A stretch of DNA of 64,000 bases from an uncultured Streptococcus sp. (GTDB lineage: Bacteria; Bacillota; Bacilli; Lactobacillales; Streptococcaceae), in assembly GCA_963530385.1 (NCBI GenBank), contig CAUSCX010000002.1:13025-77024 (forward strand), written 5' to 3'. The notes under the pieces were generated by a model. The model searched no databases. It was not told the DNA's origin and worked only from the letters and a program-made list of their open reading frames with translations. Position numbers and translations under genes: made by a program. This document shows positions 10,357 through 21,293 of this stretch, piece by piece. Within the stretch, counting starts at the first letter, position 1; each line of letters starts with the position of its first letter.

Positions 10357-11007
10357 CTAGCGTCTAACTGCGCCTAAACTTTCGACGGTTTTCCCGTCCC
10401 AAACGCCTAATTCATACATGATACGTATAATATTTTTTTGAAATTTTGAATAAGGTCCATATTTAGCCGGATTCGGATCTTTTGGATTCAAAACAGCATT
10501 GGTCCAGTCATAATCATTTTTATTTTTCAAAGGATTTAAGACAACAACAGTATCGTTCCAATACGAAACATCTGCGCTCATTTGCCAATCTTCGATTGTT
10601 GAAATGCCTTTACTCGTTTTGACAATCATGTTTGGAAAACCAATATATCCCAGCTGCTTTGTAATATTATATGGCTGACCATATCCCAAAATAACATCAC
10701 TATTATTTCCGATGTCAATACCACAACCATTATCAAACCAAGCTATTTTTTTATTCGTTGAACGTTCCAGTGCATAAGACATCGGCGCTCGTCTAGGTGC
10801 TGGCTTTACGAGAGCTAATTGCTCCTGCAGCAATTTATTCTGTTTTTCCAACTCTTGAACACTGCGCTTCAAAAAATCATATTCTGAATTTCCAGTGATG
10901 CAATCCTTTGAATTGAATTCACTTTTTGTTAATTGCTGCTCTTTGATAGTTTTGACATCGCTGCCGACCGCTCTTGCAAATTCCTCAAAATTGCTCATAG
11001 CAATCAC
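10357..11007 (-). CDS. phage hypothetical protein
   Basis: 216 aa ORF in late operon. Confidence 0.75.
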   Translation of the reverse strand: MIAMSNFEEFARAVGSDVKTIKEQQLTKSEFNSKDCITGNSEYDFLKRSVQELEKQNKLLQEQLALVKPAPRRAPMSYALERSTNKKIAWFDNGCGIDIGNNSDVILGYGQPYNITKQLGYIGFPNMIVKTSKGISTIEDWQMSADVSYWNDTVVVLNPLKNKNDYDWTNAVLNPKDPNPAKYGPYSKFQKNIIRIMYELGVWDGKTVESLGAVRR

Positions 11008-11324
11008 GCTTTCGCTTGATTATACGTTGCTACAAGGTCAAGATTTGCAATAGCATCAATGCGATTTCCGAGATCAGCAATCTTCTGAACCACTGCTCCA
11101 CCAGTATCGCCACTCAGATTAGCGATATGGTCAGCGATTTCTTTAAGGGTATCAAACTGCTCAGATACACCTTCACCCAAAATATCGTTCTTGACCGCGG
11201 TCTTAGCTTGTTCAATTAGTTGATTGACTGTGGCATTATCGACCTTGCCATTTAGCAATTGCTTCAACTCCTTAATGTCAACACCGACTGCTTGAGCAAA
11301 TGCCGTTAATTTAGTTGTGTCCAT
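11004..11324 (-). CDS. phage hypothetical protein (tail-fibre-like FDTLKEIAD motif)
   Basis: 106 aa ORF, GAAAGG RBS. Confidence 0.75.
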   Translation of the reverse strand: MDTTKLTAFAQAVGVDIKELKQLLNGKVDNATVNQLIEQAKTAVKNDILGEGVSEQFDTLKEIADHIANLSGDTGGAVVQKIADLGNRIDAIANLDLVATYNQAKA

Positions 11325-11327
11325 TCT

Positions 11328-11804
11328 CTATACCTTTCCTAAATTGTAATAAAAGAGTAGGTCAGGAAATTCCATGCCTACTTCACTGTTGCCTGTGGTC
11401 CTACCTGCAAGTTGCTTCTTAATTTCTTCTGCGATATCTAGCTCTTTAAGATCGTGGACTTCTTCTGTTACCAAGTTCTTATCCGATTTTGTCACTCGAA
11501 TTTGAGTTGAATCATCGCTGGGAAAGGTAAATCCACCTACTGAAATCTCAATTCGGTAAAGTCCGACAGGCAGAATCTTGTCCAAATTAAAAGCCACTGT
11601 TCCGTTCTTGACAATGGCTTTCTTCTTGACTTGCTCTTGGTCCTTTGTTAGCGTGATGGATGCCTCTTGACCTTCAAGTTGAGAGATAGGCATGTGGTTT
11701 TCATCTAACAAAGAGAAGGCGAATGTGGAAGCCACATCGCCTTGCTTAACCAAAAAGCCACCATCCACCTGTTCAAGATTGGTTGAATTATGAACATTGG
11801 CCAT
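11328..11804 (-). CDS. phage protein, BppU-like N-terminus
   Basis: KQGD...FPSD beta-rich pattern; AGGAGG RBS. Confidence 0.65.
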   Translation of the reverse strand: MANVHNSTNLEQVDGGFLVKQGDVASTFAFSLLDENHMPISQLEGQEASITLTKDQEQVKKKAIVKNGTVAFNLDKILPVGLYRIEISVGGFTFPSDDSTQIRVTKSDKNLVTEEVHDLKELDIAEEIKKQLAGRTTGNSEVGMEFPDLLFYYNLGKV

Positions 11805-11825
11805 TTTCATCCTCCTTTTCAATCA

Positions 11826-12242
11826 TTAATCTGTTGCATTTATATTTTCCTCCAAAATTTCTAATGCTAGAAATTTTTCATACAACACCTTGATGGCTCC
11901 ATTCCCACCGAGTTCGACATAGCTTTCATAAAGACGAGACAATTCCTCAATCTCATGCTGATTGGTATTGCCTCGTCTAATTGCTTTTTTTAGGTTTTCT
12001 TGCAATCGAAAACGCTGTAGCCTTTGAAGTCCTTTTTCAATGATGCTCAATCCTTTGCTATTATCTTTGCCGATAGCCTCAACATTAGAGACTGTCTTTT
12101 CAATAGCACTAATCTTATCAGATAAGAGATTGATTTGCTTGTCAGTCTCTTTTGTATTCTGCGTGCTTTTAAAGGAGAAATAGCTAGGAATAATAACGAT
12201 TAGAATCGGACTCAATTTATCCAAAAATGCTAGTAATTCCAA
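11826..12242 (-). CDS. putative holin-like membrane protein
   Basis: N-terminal TM, coiled coil, YVELGGNG motif. Confidence 0.65.
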   Translation of the reverse strand: MELLAFLDKLSPILIVIIPSYFSFKSTQNTKETDKQINLLSDKISAIEKTVSNVEAIGKDNSKGLSIIEKGLQRLQRFRLQENLKKAIRRGNTNQHEIEELSRLYESYVELGGNGAIKVLYEKFLALEILEENINATD

Positions 12243-12258
12243 TCAGACCACTTCCAAT

Positions 12259-12882
12259 CTACTGTGCAGGAACTCGAGTGGTATCAAGATCACTTCCATT
12301 CTTCTGCCCATCCCACTTCCAAATTGCAAGAAGGCCATTTTGTGATGGTCCACTTTCAAGTTGCTTGATAGATTCGCCTTTGTAAGTGAAAGCCTGATTT
12401 GTCTGAATCAAGACGCGCTTGCCCTCGCCATTCAATTCAGCGTGTTCAGGATCTTCAATCACAAACATATCCCCTGGTTGATAGACCTTGCCTTCCTCAG
12501 CAAATGGGAAGAGTTCGACAAGCTCCTTGTAGGTTGTTCCGTAGGCGATTTTCTCGCCCATGATGGAATCTTGCGCCATGACACGCACTACTTTATCGAT
12601 TTTATTTGCAAGCGCAGAAAGTCTGTCCTGCTCGCTCTTGTTGTGCGCAATCTGCTGCTCAGCTTGTTCCAACTGTGCTTGCGCCTTGACAATTGCTGCT
12701 CCTGGATCAAGCTCAGCACGAATGATACTTTTAACTGCTTCAATCAATTCTTCATCTGACTTAGCCGTCTGATCTCCCGGCAATTCGCGAGCAAAGATGG
12801 TATAAGGCGATTCACGATGAATCACGACTTCTGTTGTATCGAATTTCAAGTATTTGCTTCTTACTGTGTATTCTGTTGCCAT
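12259..12882 (-). CDS. phage tail-associated hypothetical protein
   Basis: 207 aa ORF, GGAGG RBS, follows tail fibre. Confidence 0.75.
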   Translation of the reverse strand: MATEYTVRSKYLKFDTTEVVIHRESPYTIFARELPGDQTAKSDEELIEAVKSIIRAELDPGAAIVKAQAQLEQAEQQIAHNKSEQDRLSALANKIDKVVRVMAQDSIMGEKIAYGTTYKELVELFPFAEEGKVYQPGDMFVIEDPEHAELNGEGKRVLIQTNQAFTYKGESIKQLESGPSQNGLLAIWKWDGQKNGSDLDTTRVPAQ

Positions 12883-12885
12883 TTT

Positions 12886-13047
12886 TTATTCCTCCACTGT
12901 TCCTTCTTGTTGTTGGTTATTCAATTCTTCAAGTTGTTTTTCTAGTTCTTCACGTTTTTGTACTTCTTCCAGATACGCTGCCTGGAAGGTTGATTTCTCA
13001 ATAGTCAATCGTGCTACATCTTGTGCGATAATTTCTAATGCGTTCAT
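12886..13047 (-). CDS. 53-aa coiled-coil phage protein
   Basis: Manual translation MNALEIIAQDVARLTIEK...; overlaps tail-fibre stop, GAAAGGA RBS. Confidence 0.7.
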   Translation of the reverse strand: MNALEIIAQDVARLTIEKSTFQAAYLEEVQKREELEKQLEELNNQQQEGTVEE

Positions 13048-16000
13048 GCTAATTTCCTTTCTAGTGTCTCAATTCTCTGAGACAATTCCTGAATCGCTTT
13101 AAGAGCGATACTAGTCAATCTGAGATTATCCAGATTCAGCGTGTCACCGTTCTCGTAAACAAGAGTAGGATCCACTGTTTGAACCTCTTGGGCAATCAGA
13201 CCAATCCTTGTATGTGCTTTTTGTGGTCTGTCCTCTTGTTTCTTCCAATCGTATTCCTTGAACTGGAATTGCTGGATATAATCAAGAGCCTTGTGCTTGC
13301 AGTCAACGATATTTTCTTTCAGACGTCTATCTGAGAAATGCTGATCAACAACCGACCACAGACTATACGCCGTACCATTATAGCTATAGTAGATGTCATT
13401 ACCTGATCCGCCAAAGCTCAAAGATACATTGTCTGAATCCCAAAAGCCAATAGTACCTGTTGTTTTACCGTTAACACTTCCTTGCCCTGTCTTGAGCCAA
13501 CCGATTCCCTTCGCATTGATGTATCCATTGACAGTTATAAGAAAGTCATCGCTATCCAACCATGTCCCGCTGGTAGTCAAATCTGAATCTTTATATACAT
13601 AAAGTCCATATGGTACGTTTGTTCCACGGCCGTAAGAACCTATAAATTGTACTCCCAAACCATCTTTTGAATCGACCGTTCGAGGTACATTGATTTGCAG
13701 ACCACCATCAACAGCATCAAATGATCCGTATGTCCCTAACTGTATTTTGGTACGACCGGTTAAGGTCGCACCCGAAATACTTGAACCTGTAATTGTTCCT
13801 CCTAAAATCCTATCGCCACTTAAAAATCCTGCTTTTACCTGACTTGCATTAATCGAAATACTCTGAACACGGTTAATAAAGGCTTGTTTAGCAAATAGTT
13901 GGTTTAAATAAGCTTCATTTGCGACAAGCTTATTGAAGAAAGCCTGGTCAACCTTCAATTTTTCAGCTGTGACCGCTTCAGCATCCAAAACTACAGTAGT
14001 CACCGAACCAGCTTCAAAATTGGCCGTCTTCAGCTTATCAACCATAGCTGACTTGATAACTGCATTATCAATCAAGGTCTCGCCAGTGATGTGAGTCAGT
14101 TTACCGTCAAATCGGTTATACCCATTAGCGCCAAGGTTGATTCCAGAAATCAAATCACCTTCGTTGTTGATGTTCTGAACGGCCCACGAGCCAGCAATCT
14201 GTCTTTGAACTGTTTTTAGACCTTCATTCTTAGATACCTCAATCTGAAACAACTGATTGGTCAGAGCCATGCGAGCGACATTGTTAGCAATGCCATTATC
14301 TGTATTGCCCAGAATTCGCTCGTATAGCCGACTTGTTTCTTGAACTCGCTGAAAGTCCGTCTGATTAGCTTTGTTAGCAATCTGAGATGTAATATTTGCA
14401 AATTGCCCATCGACCGTCTGCTTGTATTGAGCGATTTTCGTAGCTATATCATTGTTCGTCTGCGTACTTATCGCACTAAATCGACGTTCAATTTCTCTCA
14501 CATCTTCCTGATAAGCCGATTTACCAACAAAATCACGATTGACCAGCTCACGTACAGTCGTTGCTTGTCGGGCGCTCTCGTCTCGTGCATAGCGCTGTAA
14601 GCTCTCTTGTCGCTGACCATCTTTATTGACATATGCCTGAACAGTTGATAATTCTGTTCGCAATTTCCCAGCTTCAGCCGTTACCAAAGTCTTATCTGCC
14701 TTGTCTTTGGTTGCGTTCAGGATTTCCTGACGAATCGAGCCAGCCCTCACCTCAAATTCGGCCAGACTCAACATCTGATTTAGCTTGTTCTGCGTGTTTG
14801 TTTCAAGACTCTTCACGGACTGCCTGATATTTTCAGCAGTCACGTTGAGTGAGCTTATATCCGCTTTGGTTCTAAGACCTTCAGTCAGGCGGCTTACACC
14901 AGCATCTAGTGCATCAGCGCGCTGTCTAAAGTTAGATTCAACTGCTGAGATCTGACCTTCTATATCTTCAGGAGCTTCTGAATAAGAAGTATCTACATCG
15001 CTTATTTCGAACTTCGGCATCCAAATCCAAACGGTTCCTTCTTGGTTGAAATTGAACAGCCATTCATTTGTTGTGAGTTTAGACTCATTCGTCCAACTTT
15101 TGGGAATATGGACAACATATCGTTTAATTTCTGTCGACAATATCACGTTTCCAGTTTTATAATTGATATTCCCTAATCGAGATCTTAGCATTATTCCATT
15201 TTTATTTGCCTTAGCATAAAATGTAATTATTACATCTTGATTAGTCGTACTTCCGGGAATTACTTTCCCGAATTGCCCCAGAGCCGGATAAGTAATCTTA
15301 GGATTACCTCCGTCCCGACCAGATGGATTCTGACCAACGATTTTTAAGGCATTATGACCTAAATACTTATCAGTGCTATCAATAGTGGCCTCGTAAGTAC
15401 TTGTAGTCCAAATCCCTGTTTTTGAAATATCCTGCTTGAAAAGCGAATTCAAGAATAGATTTCGGCCAGATGCCTGCACACTCGCTATCTTACTAGCCAG
15501 CTGCTCGGCTGTCTGCGTGAGTTCTGACTTGCTTGCCTTGCCATTAGCTAAGTTGGTCAGTTCTGACAGTCTGCGAGTCGTCGTCTCCTCATACGTCGCT
15601 TGCGCTGACTTCACACCAGCCAGTTCTTTTTTGGTCTGGATAAGCGCTTCAACTTGCTTGGCAATCTCAGCTTCAGCCTGTGCCTGCTTCGGTCGAACAT
15701 CGTTCGCGACAGTTCGCTTCAGAACATCCAAGTCACCCGATAGAGCAGTCTGAGCGCTCGTAGCCTGCCTCTTAAACTCTTCAAGCTTGGTAATCGAATC
15801 CAAGCCAATCCGCTTCGCTTCCTGAGCGAGTAAGCTACTTGCGCCAGCGTTTTGTAAGGCTTCTATAGCCCTGCGTTTGGCTTCCTGTAGAGGGCCATTG
15901 TTAAAACTGTCGAAATGCTGATTGATAGCGTCAGAGAGTTCTCTCTTGGCCTCTTCAGTTTTAGCTTTGGCTAGTTCGACCTGATCACTAAAATCATTCT

Positions 16001-17114
16001 GAATTTTCTCGATTTTTTTATCAAAGTTCTTATCCGCTTCTTCAAGTTGACTTTGGATTTGAGCTTCAATTTCATTGAATTGTTCAATTTTTTTGGTAAT
16101 TGTACCTGCATACGAATACTGAGCATCATTTCCAGCCTTACTGTCTGCGCTAATACGACCACGAAGGCCTCCCTTAAACGTGAATGATTGGCTCAATACT
16201 GGCGATTTGAAGGTTTCACCCGTATTCGTCTTAATAGTCACCCATTGGCCGACATCTAGCAAGAGATGACCTTGGTAGTTCAAATTAAACGGATAATAAC
16301 GAATATCTTTGATGTTGTGATAAAGGTTGTCTAAGGCAGATTGAGATATTAATAGATTTTCAATCTCAAGTGAGCGACCAGTTCTCAAACCAACCGTCAG
16401 TATCTCTTTGTTTTTTTTACAAGATATCCCAGCTATCTGATACTCAATCTCGCTCTTGGTCAATCCGTGCATGAAGTAACTATCTGCTGTAATCGTGATG
16501 CCTGAATCAGTCAATCCCTTGATTTCGAGTTTACCCTCTCGATTAAAAAAACATGACATCCCGAGCATTTGAGTAGCTAGACCCAAAACATCTCTGAATG
16601 TCATTTTCTTTTCTTTCGGTATGCTTTCGATTCGGTAATTCATGGACGTAATATCCATGTATTCGTTAGCTAGAGTGATACCTGTTTTTAGACAAATCTC
16701 TTTGATAACATGTCGAATTTCAGCTGGATAGGTTAAATCAGTGACGTGCTCACGGTTTAACTTGAACATCCCATCCATGAGATCAAGTTTAGTCGTGTTA
16801 CGATTGCGATCAATCTCAATATCATTGATAAAGTATTCACCCATCTTAACCCATTCGTAGGTTCCGTCAACCAAAAGTCCGATTTCAGGATAAATCTTAT
16901 CTAATTTATTGAAAGTAGTAATGACGCTAGTAAAGACGATTTTAGCGCTACCTGCGCAAGTTCCACCAGGTTTATAAGTATCACCCTTGATATACCCATA
17001 ATCAAAACTTGCTTCTTTAATGTCGCTCGACTGATACTTCCCTACTCTGATAGCGAGAGTTCGATTCTTGGAAAACATAGCTTGATTAAATTTTTGTTTT
17101 CTGAGTGCATCCAT
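13044..17114 (-). CDS. tail fibre / antireceptor (PblB-like) with C-terminal S74 chaperone
   Basis: 1356 aa, long coiled coils, SDRRLKENI autocleavage motif. Confidence 0.9.
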   Translation of the reverse strand: MDALRKQKFNQAMFSKNRTLAIRVGKYQSSDIKEASFDYGYIKGDTYKPGGTCAGSAKIVFTSVITTFNKLDKIYPEIGLLVDGTYEWVKMGEYFINDIEIDRNRNTTKLDLMDGMFKLNREHVTDLTYPAEIRHVIKEICLKTGITLANEYMDITSMNYRIESIPKEKKMTFRDVLGLATQMLGMSCFFNREGKLEIKGLTDSGITITADSYFMHGLTKSEIEYQIAGISCKKNKEILTVGLRTGRSLEIENLLISQSALDNLYHNIKDIRYYPFNLNYQGHLLLDVGQWVTIKTNTGETFKSPVLSQSFTFKGGLRGRISADSKAGNDAQYSYAGTITKKIEQFNEIEAQIQSQLEEADKNFDKKIEKIQNDFSDQVELAKAKTEEAKRELSDAINQHFDSFNNGPLQEAKRRAIEALQNAGASSLLAQEAKRIGLDSITKLEEFKRQATSAQTALSGDLDVLKRTVANDVRPKQAQAEAEIAKQVEALIQTKKELAGVKSAQATYEETTTRRLSELTNLANGKASKSELTQTAEQLASKIASVQASGRNLFLNSLFKQDISKTGIWTTSTYEATIDSTDKYLGHNALKIVGQNPSGRDGGNPKITYPALGQFGKVIPGSTTNQDVIITFYAKANKNGIMLRSRLGNINYKTGNVILSTEIKRYVVHIPKSWTNESKLTTNEWLFNFNQEGTVWIWMPKFEISDVDTSYSEAPEDIEGQISAVESNFRQRADALDAGVSRLTEGLRTKADISSLNVTAENIRQSVKSLETNTQNKLNQMLSLAEFEVRAGSIRQEILNATKDKADKTLVTAEAGKLRTELSTVQAYVNKDGQRQESLQRYARDESARQATTVRELVNRDFVGKSAYQEDVREIERRFSAISTQTNNDIATKIAQYKQTVDGQFANITSQIANKANQTDFQRVQETSRLYERILGNTDNGIANNVARMALTNQLFQIEVSKNEGLKTVQRQIAGSWAVQNINNEGDLISGINLGANGYNRFDGKLTHITGETLIDNAVIKSAMVDKLKTANFEAGSVTTVVLDAEAVTAEKLKVDQAFFNKLVANEAYLNQLFAKQAFINRVQSISINASQVKAGFLSGDRILGGTITGSSISGATLTGRTKIQLGTYGSFDAVDGGLQINVPRTVDSKDGLGVQFIGSYGRGTNVPYGLYVYKDSDLTTSGTWLDSDDFLITVNGYINAKGIGWLKTGQGSVNGKTTGTIGFWDSDNVSLSFGGSGNDIYYSYNGTAYSLWSVVDQHFSDRRLKENIVDCKHKALDYIQQFQFKEYDWKKQEDRPQKAHTRIGLIAQEVQTVDPTLVYENGDTLNLDNLRLTSIALKAIQELSQRIETLERKLA

Positions 17115-17118
17115 TTTT

Positions 17119-17469
17119 CTACCTCTCTACCAAGTTAAATTTAGCGCCAGACCAAGGCTTGAGTTTCTCAGTAAATGAGTAGCTTGGAGCTGTCCTGTCA
17201 CCAACATAGAAAGTCTTTGTGACTTGCCCAGCCATAGGATCAGGATAAGACACCTCAAAAAATTCAGATGATACGGCATTTAAAAGCTGACTCATTTCAT
17301 CTTGAGTCAGCATACCCCATTCACAATCTAACTTGCGCTTAGTCGTGATACGGTCACGCACCATGTCACCATTGGCATTACGCCCTGTCTCTCCATCTAT
17401 ATCTTGGATACCGACTTGAAAAGATTTGGGAGGCTTCACAGCCACCCCATTGATTATCAATTGTGCCAT
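17119..17469 (-). CDS. distal tail protein
   Basis: Between tape measure and tail fibre; GRNANGDMVRD motif. Confidence 0.7.
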   Translation of the reverse strand: MAQLIINGVAVKPPKSFQVGIQDIDGETGRNANGDMVRDRITTKRKLDCEWGMLTQDEMSQLLNAVSSEFFEVSYPDPMAGQVTKTFYVGDRTAPSYSFTEKLKPWSGAKFNLVER

Positions 17470-17477
17470 TTAACCTC

Positions 17478-20400
17478 CTAAATCTTGAGCAAGGTTTGAC
17501 CTGCTCGTTCGTGTTCCTTGTTGATTTCTTGTATAGCTACCCGTCCGAACTCATGACCAGCGATTTGGATAACAATGTCGCCAGCTGGCAATGAGTAGCC
17601 CGTAGGCGCATTGTCAGTAGGCATTCTTTCAGCCAATTTCTGAGCCAAAATGGAAATCCAACCTGTATTTCGTTCAAGAGGCATTACCGCTTCTTGACCA
17701 GCTTCTCCGACCCCGATGATGCTAGGCGAATTGAATACCCCACCTCGTGCATACCAGTCCACAGAGAACGATGGAATGCTTGGAGGCATCAAGCTAAAGC
17801 TACCAGATATATTAAAATGAGGGAGCTTGATTTCTGGTAAACTCCAATCAAAATTAAAGAACCCTTTTAATGCATCGATACCACTTTTAACAATGCTTTT
17901 AGCGTTTTCCATTGCGTCATTAAATAGATTCCTGAACCATTCAGGAATCTCTTTTAAGGCGCTCTGTATGTCATTCCAACGTTCGCTGAACCATGAGCCG
18001 ATTGATTGAAAAGGATTTTGCGTGTTCTCTTTTGCGCTTTCAAACTTTTCTCCGAACCACGAATCAGCTTCTTGCACACCGTTTTTGATATCATTCCATC
18101 TATCACCGAACCATGAGCCAACTTTTTCAAAAGCTGAGTTCACTTTATCTCTACCAGATTGGAACTTGTCGCCAAGCCAAGTATTTGCATCTGAAAGGGC
18201 ATTAGTAACATCAGTCCATTTTTCTCCAAACCATGAGCCTAAGTTGCCAAATATATTTCCAATAGCGTCCCAGCCCTCTTGGAATTTTTCTCCAAGCCAT
18301 GAACCAATCTCTGCTAACGCATTCGTCACATCTGCCCATCTCTCGCCGAACCATGAACCTAGATTACTGAAGATATTAACGATAGCATCCCATGCGCCTT
18401 GGAACTTTTCTCCAAACCAAGACCCGACACCAGAAAAGATATCTACAATTGCGTCCCACGCTTGCTGGAACTTCTCGCCAAACCATTGACCTATCGGCTC
18501 AAAGATTTCTTGAAGTTTCGCCCATAAACCGCTGAAAAATTCGCCAATCGCTTGACAAATCACACTGATAAAATCACATAGTCCTTGCCATGCTGTTTTA
18601 GCAAACTCAACAACAGTGTCCCAGTTTTGGTAGAGCAAGACACCGATAGCAATTAAGGCTGCGATCGCTGCAATAACCAAGGTTATCGGACTGGTCAAGA
18701 TTGCAATAGCTCCATTGAGTGCCCATGTTGCAGCTGCTGCAACTCCTGCTGCAATCGATTGAGCGATTTCTGCCGCTGCTGCAAGCCCCATTTGTGCTGC
18801 ATGAACACCCCACGCTAATGCAGATTTACCAAGTTCTAAAGCAGTTTTTCCTAACTCTACAATCAATTTACCTGAATTGACCACAAAGTCTTTTGCATAC
18901 AACGCATTCAAATAGATGGTTTCACCGAAGCTAACCAATTTATCAAATGTCAAAGCTTTCAAAACTAGTCCAAGATTTTTAATTCCGCTAACAATAAATG
19001 AAACCTTGCCACTTAATAATTCGAATGCTCTTGCAAGTCCTCCAGCTTGTTCAGCCCAAGACAAAAACTTGATTCCTTGCCACACGGTTGCAAGCGTACC
19101 AATCACATTAGCGATTGTGGAGATAATCTCTTTATTTTCTTTACACCAATCTGAAAAAGCAGTAAAACCATCGGCTACTAGCTTGATTGTATCAGCTAGT
19201 AACTTCAATGCCTCTAGTATGATACCACCTAGTAAATCAGCAACGGTTTCAATACTTATACCGAATGTATTAGACAAGAACTCTGCAAAAGGCTTCCAAC
19301 TTCCTTCCCAAAGAATTTGGATGATATCAATCAGTCCGTTAAAAGCATTAGCGATAGAGTCAATTGCAGGGGCTACATGTTCATCGTAGACACTACTCAA
19401 TCCATCGCCAAACTTATCAACAACACTCTCGATAGTTTCAAATATTGGAGCCACAATGTCCAAAAGACTTTGAAGCATCGATGAAATTTTAGGAGCGCTT
19501 GTCACAACGACTTTTTCAAATCCTTTAAACAAACTTCCTGCTAATTTGCTAACGACTTCAACAATGGTAGATGTCAAACTCAACAGAGTTGATACAATAG
19601 CACTACCGATACGAACCGCACCAGTTGAAGTAATGACATCGTAGAAAGCACTAGAAAAGGCCTGAGCGATGTTTCCTACAGCCTCTGCAATGTTACCAAC
19701 ATTATCAAACAAAGCAACTAGCGCCCTGATAATGCGTTCTTTCTGCCTTTCAAGGCCGTTTGCAATACTTTCGGTAAGGAGTACACCAATACCAACTCCA
19801 ATAGTCGCTAACGAACCAGCAATTTGCCCCAAAGCATAAGCGATTTTTTCGGTCATGCGGTTAAAGGCGTTTACAACTCTTGGGTCAGTAGCGATTTCTT
19901 CAAGAGTTTTCTTGATTCGTTCTAAAGCAGCTTTGATACGCTCTAAACCTTCTGGTCTAAAGGCTGCATCAAAACCTTTTTTAAAGAGGTCAAACAACCC
20001 CTTTAACTTATCTCCAAGACCATCGAAAATGCTCTTGAATTGGTTGCCCATGTCGGTCAACTCGACTTCTGGCAAGATGTCTTTGAAAGGTCCGCCGCCT
20101 CCCTTTCCTTTACCACCTTTGCCTTTGCCTCCGCCACCGCCTCCACCGCCAGAACCGCCTGCATCGTCGTCTTTTGGTTTTTGCAAGATGTTAATCTCAT
20201 CAAATCCCATCAGACCAAGCAATTCTTTAGCGGCCTTCTTAGCGTTTTTGGCTGAGTCTCCAAGATTATCAGCAAGTCCTCCTGCTGAATCTCCAGCGTC
20301 GTCTACTGCGTCAGCAAGGTCTCCTGCTCCTCCTGCAGCATCCTTCATGGCGTTCCCCATGTCTCCAACTGCTCCACCAACACCATCTTTCACTGTTGCT

Positions 20401-21293
20401 TTCTTGTTGAACATCAAAGCGATAAACTCAGCGAGTTTAGCAGTTACGTTCTTCAAGACCATAGCAAAAGAGTTCAAGACAGGCATAATTTCATTGATAA
20501 TCGGTAACATAGCATTACCCAGATTCAATGCACTATCTTTCATCAGCGACTTAAACAGGCTGATACTACCGTTGACTGAGTTGGATAAAGTATCTCCATA
20601 CTTGGCAGTGGCCTGTTCCAAAATTGCCATAAGGCGGATTTGTTGCTGGGTTTGATAGTCCAACTGTTGCCAGCTTTGTCCGTTTGCGAACTTCTTAAAG
20701 GCTTCAGTAGACTCAATCATAGCAACTCCAACGTTAATTCCTAGATCCTCAATTGCTTCGGTGTTCCCTAGCAAACCTGAGCGAATCCGCTCCATAACGT
20801 CTGTAATCGTGCGCCCTGAACCTTCAGCAACAACTGCTGATGTCTGCAACATCTTAGCAGTATATGCGCTTAGCTTGTTGGTATCTTTGATAAATCCAGA
20901 AAATAGGTTTGAGTAGACTGCACCGTAGTTAGTAGCCTCACCCACACCCATGTTCATAGCGTTGGCGTTATCGTTAACCCATTTTAAGAAAGATTGCGAA
21001 CTCTCGCCCATTTGGCGCTTAATTTGGTTCATAGACGCTGACACTTCAAGAGCCGTCTGCGCTGAATACATCCCAACATCAAGCAATTTCTTACCAAGGA
21101 TTGCAAAACCAGCGAACTTAGCTAGCTTGCTAAACGCACTACCGATAGAATTCGACTGTTCACGAACTTTGGCAGTGGCATTTTTTACTTGGTCAGATGT
21201 TCCTTTGACCTGATTTTCAACTTCTTTCATCTTCTTCCTGAAAGGCGCTATCTCAGCGTCAATCATGACTTTCAATTCATCAAGAGTTGCCAT
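17478..21293 (-). CDS. tape measure protein (PblA-like)
   Basis: 1271 aa, helical, Trp/Phe-periodic repeats (GSWFGEK), YARGG near C-terminus. Confidence 0.92.
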   Translation of the reverse strand: MATLDELKVMIDAEIAPFRKKMKEVENQVKGTSDQVKNATAKVREQSNSIGSAFSKLAKFAGFAILGKKLLDVGMYSAQTALEVSASMNQIKRQMGESSQSFLKWVNDNANAMNMGVGEATNYGAVYSNLFSGFIKDTNKLSAYTAKMLQTSAVVAEGSGRTITDVMERIRSGLLGNTEAIEDLGINVGVAMIESTEAFKKFANGQSWQQLDYQTQQQIRLMAILEQATAKYGDTLSNSVNGSISLFKSLMKDSALNLGNAMLPIINEIMPVLNSFAMVLKNVTAKLAEFIALMFNKKATVKDGVGGAVGDMGNAMKDAAGGAGDLADAVDDAGDSAGGLADNLGDSAKNAKKAAKELLGLMGFDEINILQKPKDDDAGGSGGGGGGGGKGKGGKGKGGGGPFKDILPEVELTDMGNQFKSIFDGLGDKLKGLFDLFKKGFDAAFRPEGLERIKAALERIKKTLEEIATDPRVVNAFNRMTEKIAYALGQIAGSLATIGVGIGVLLTESIANGLERQKERIIRALVALFDNVGNIAEAVGNIAQAFSSAFYDVITSTGAVRIGSAIVSTLLSLTSTIVEVVSKLAGSLFKGFEKVVVTSAPKISSMLQSLLDIVAPIFETIESVVDKFGDGLSSVYDEHVAPAIDSIANAFNGLIDIIQILWEGSWKPFAEFLSNTFGISIETVADLLGGIILEALKLLADTIKLVADGFTAFSDWCKENKEIISTIANVIGTLATVWQGIKFLSWAEQAGGLARAFELLSGKVSFIVSGIKNLGLVLKALTFDKLVSFGETIYLNALYAKDFVVNSGKLIVELGKTALELGKSALAWGVHAAQMGLAAAAEIAQSIAAGVAAAATWALNGAIAILTSPITLVIAAIAALIAIGVLLYQNWDTVVEFAKTAWQGLCDFISVICQAIGEFFSGLWAKLQEIFEPIGQWFGEKFQQAWDAIVDIFSGVGSWFGEKFQGAWDAIVNIFSNLGSWFGERWADVTNALAEIGSWLGEKFQEGWDAIGNIFGNLGSWFGEKWTDVTNALSDANTWLGDKFQSGRDKVNSAFEKVGSWFGDRWNDIKNGVQEADSWFGEKFESAKENTQNPFQSIGSWFSERWNDIQSALKEIPEWFRNLFNDAMENAKSIVKSGIDALKGFFNFDWSLPEIKLPHFNISGSFSLMPPSIPSFSVDWYARGGVFNSPSIIGVGEAGQEAVMPLERNTGWISILAQKLAERMPTDNAPTGYSLPAGDIVIQIAGHEFGRVAIQEINKEHERAGQTLLKI

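Noticed and set aside
19855..20655. 266-aa Pro-rich plus-strand ORF
   Set aside because: Antisense shadow of the Gly-rich linker of the tape measure gene.
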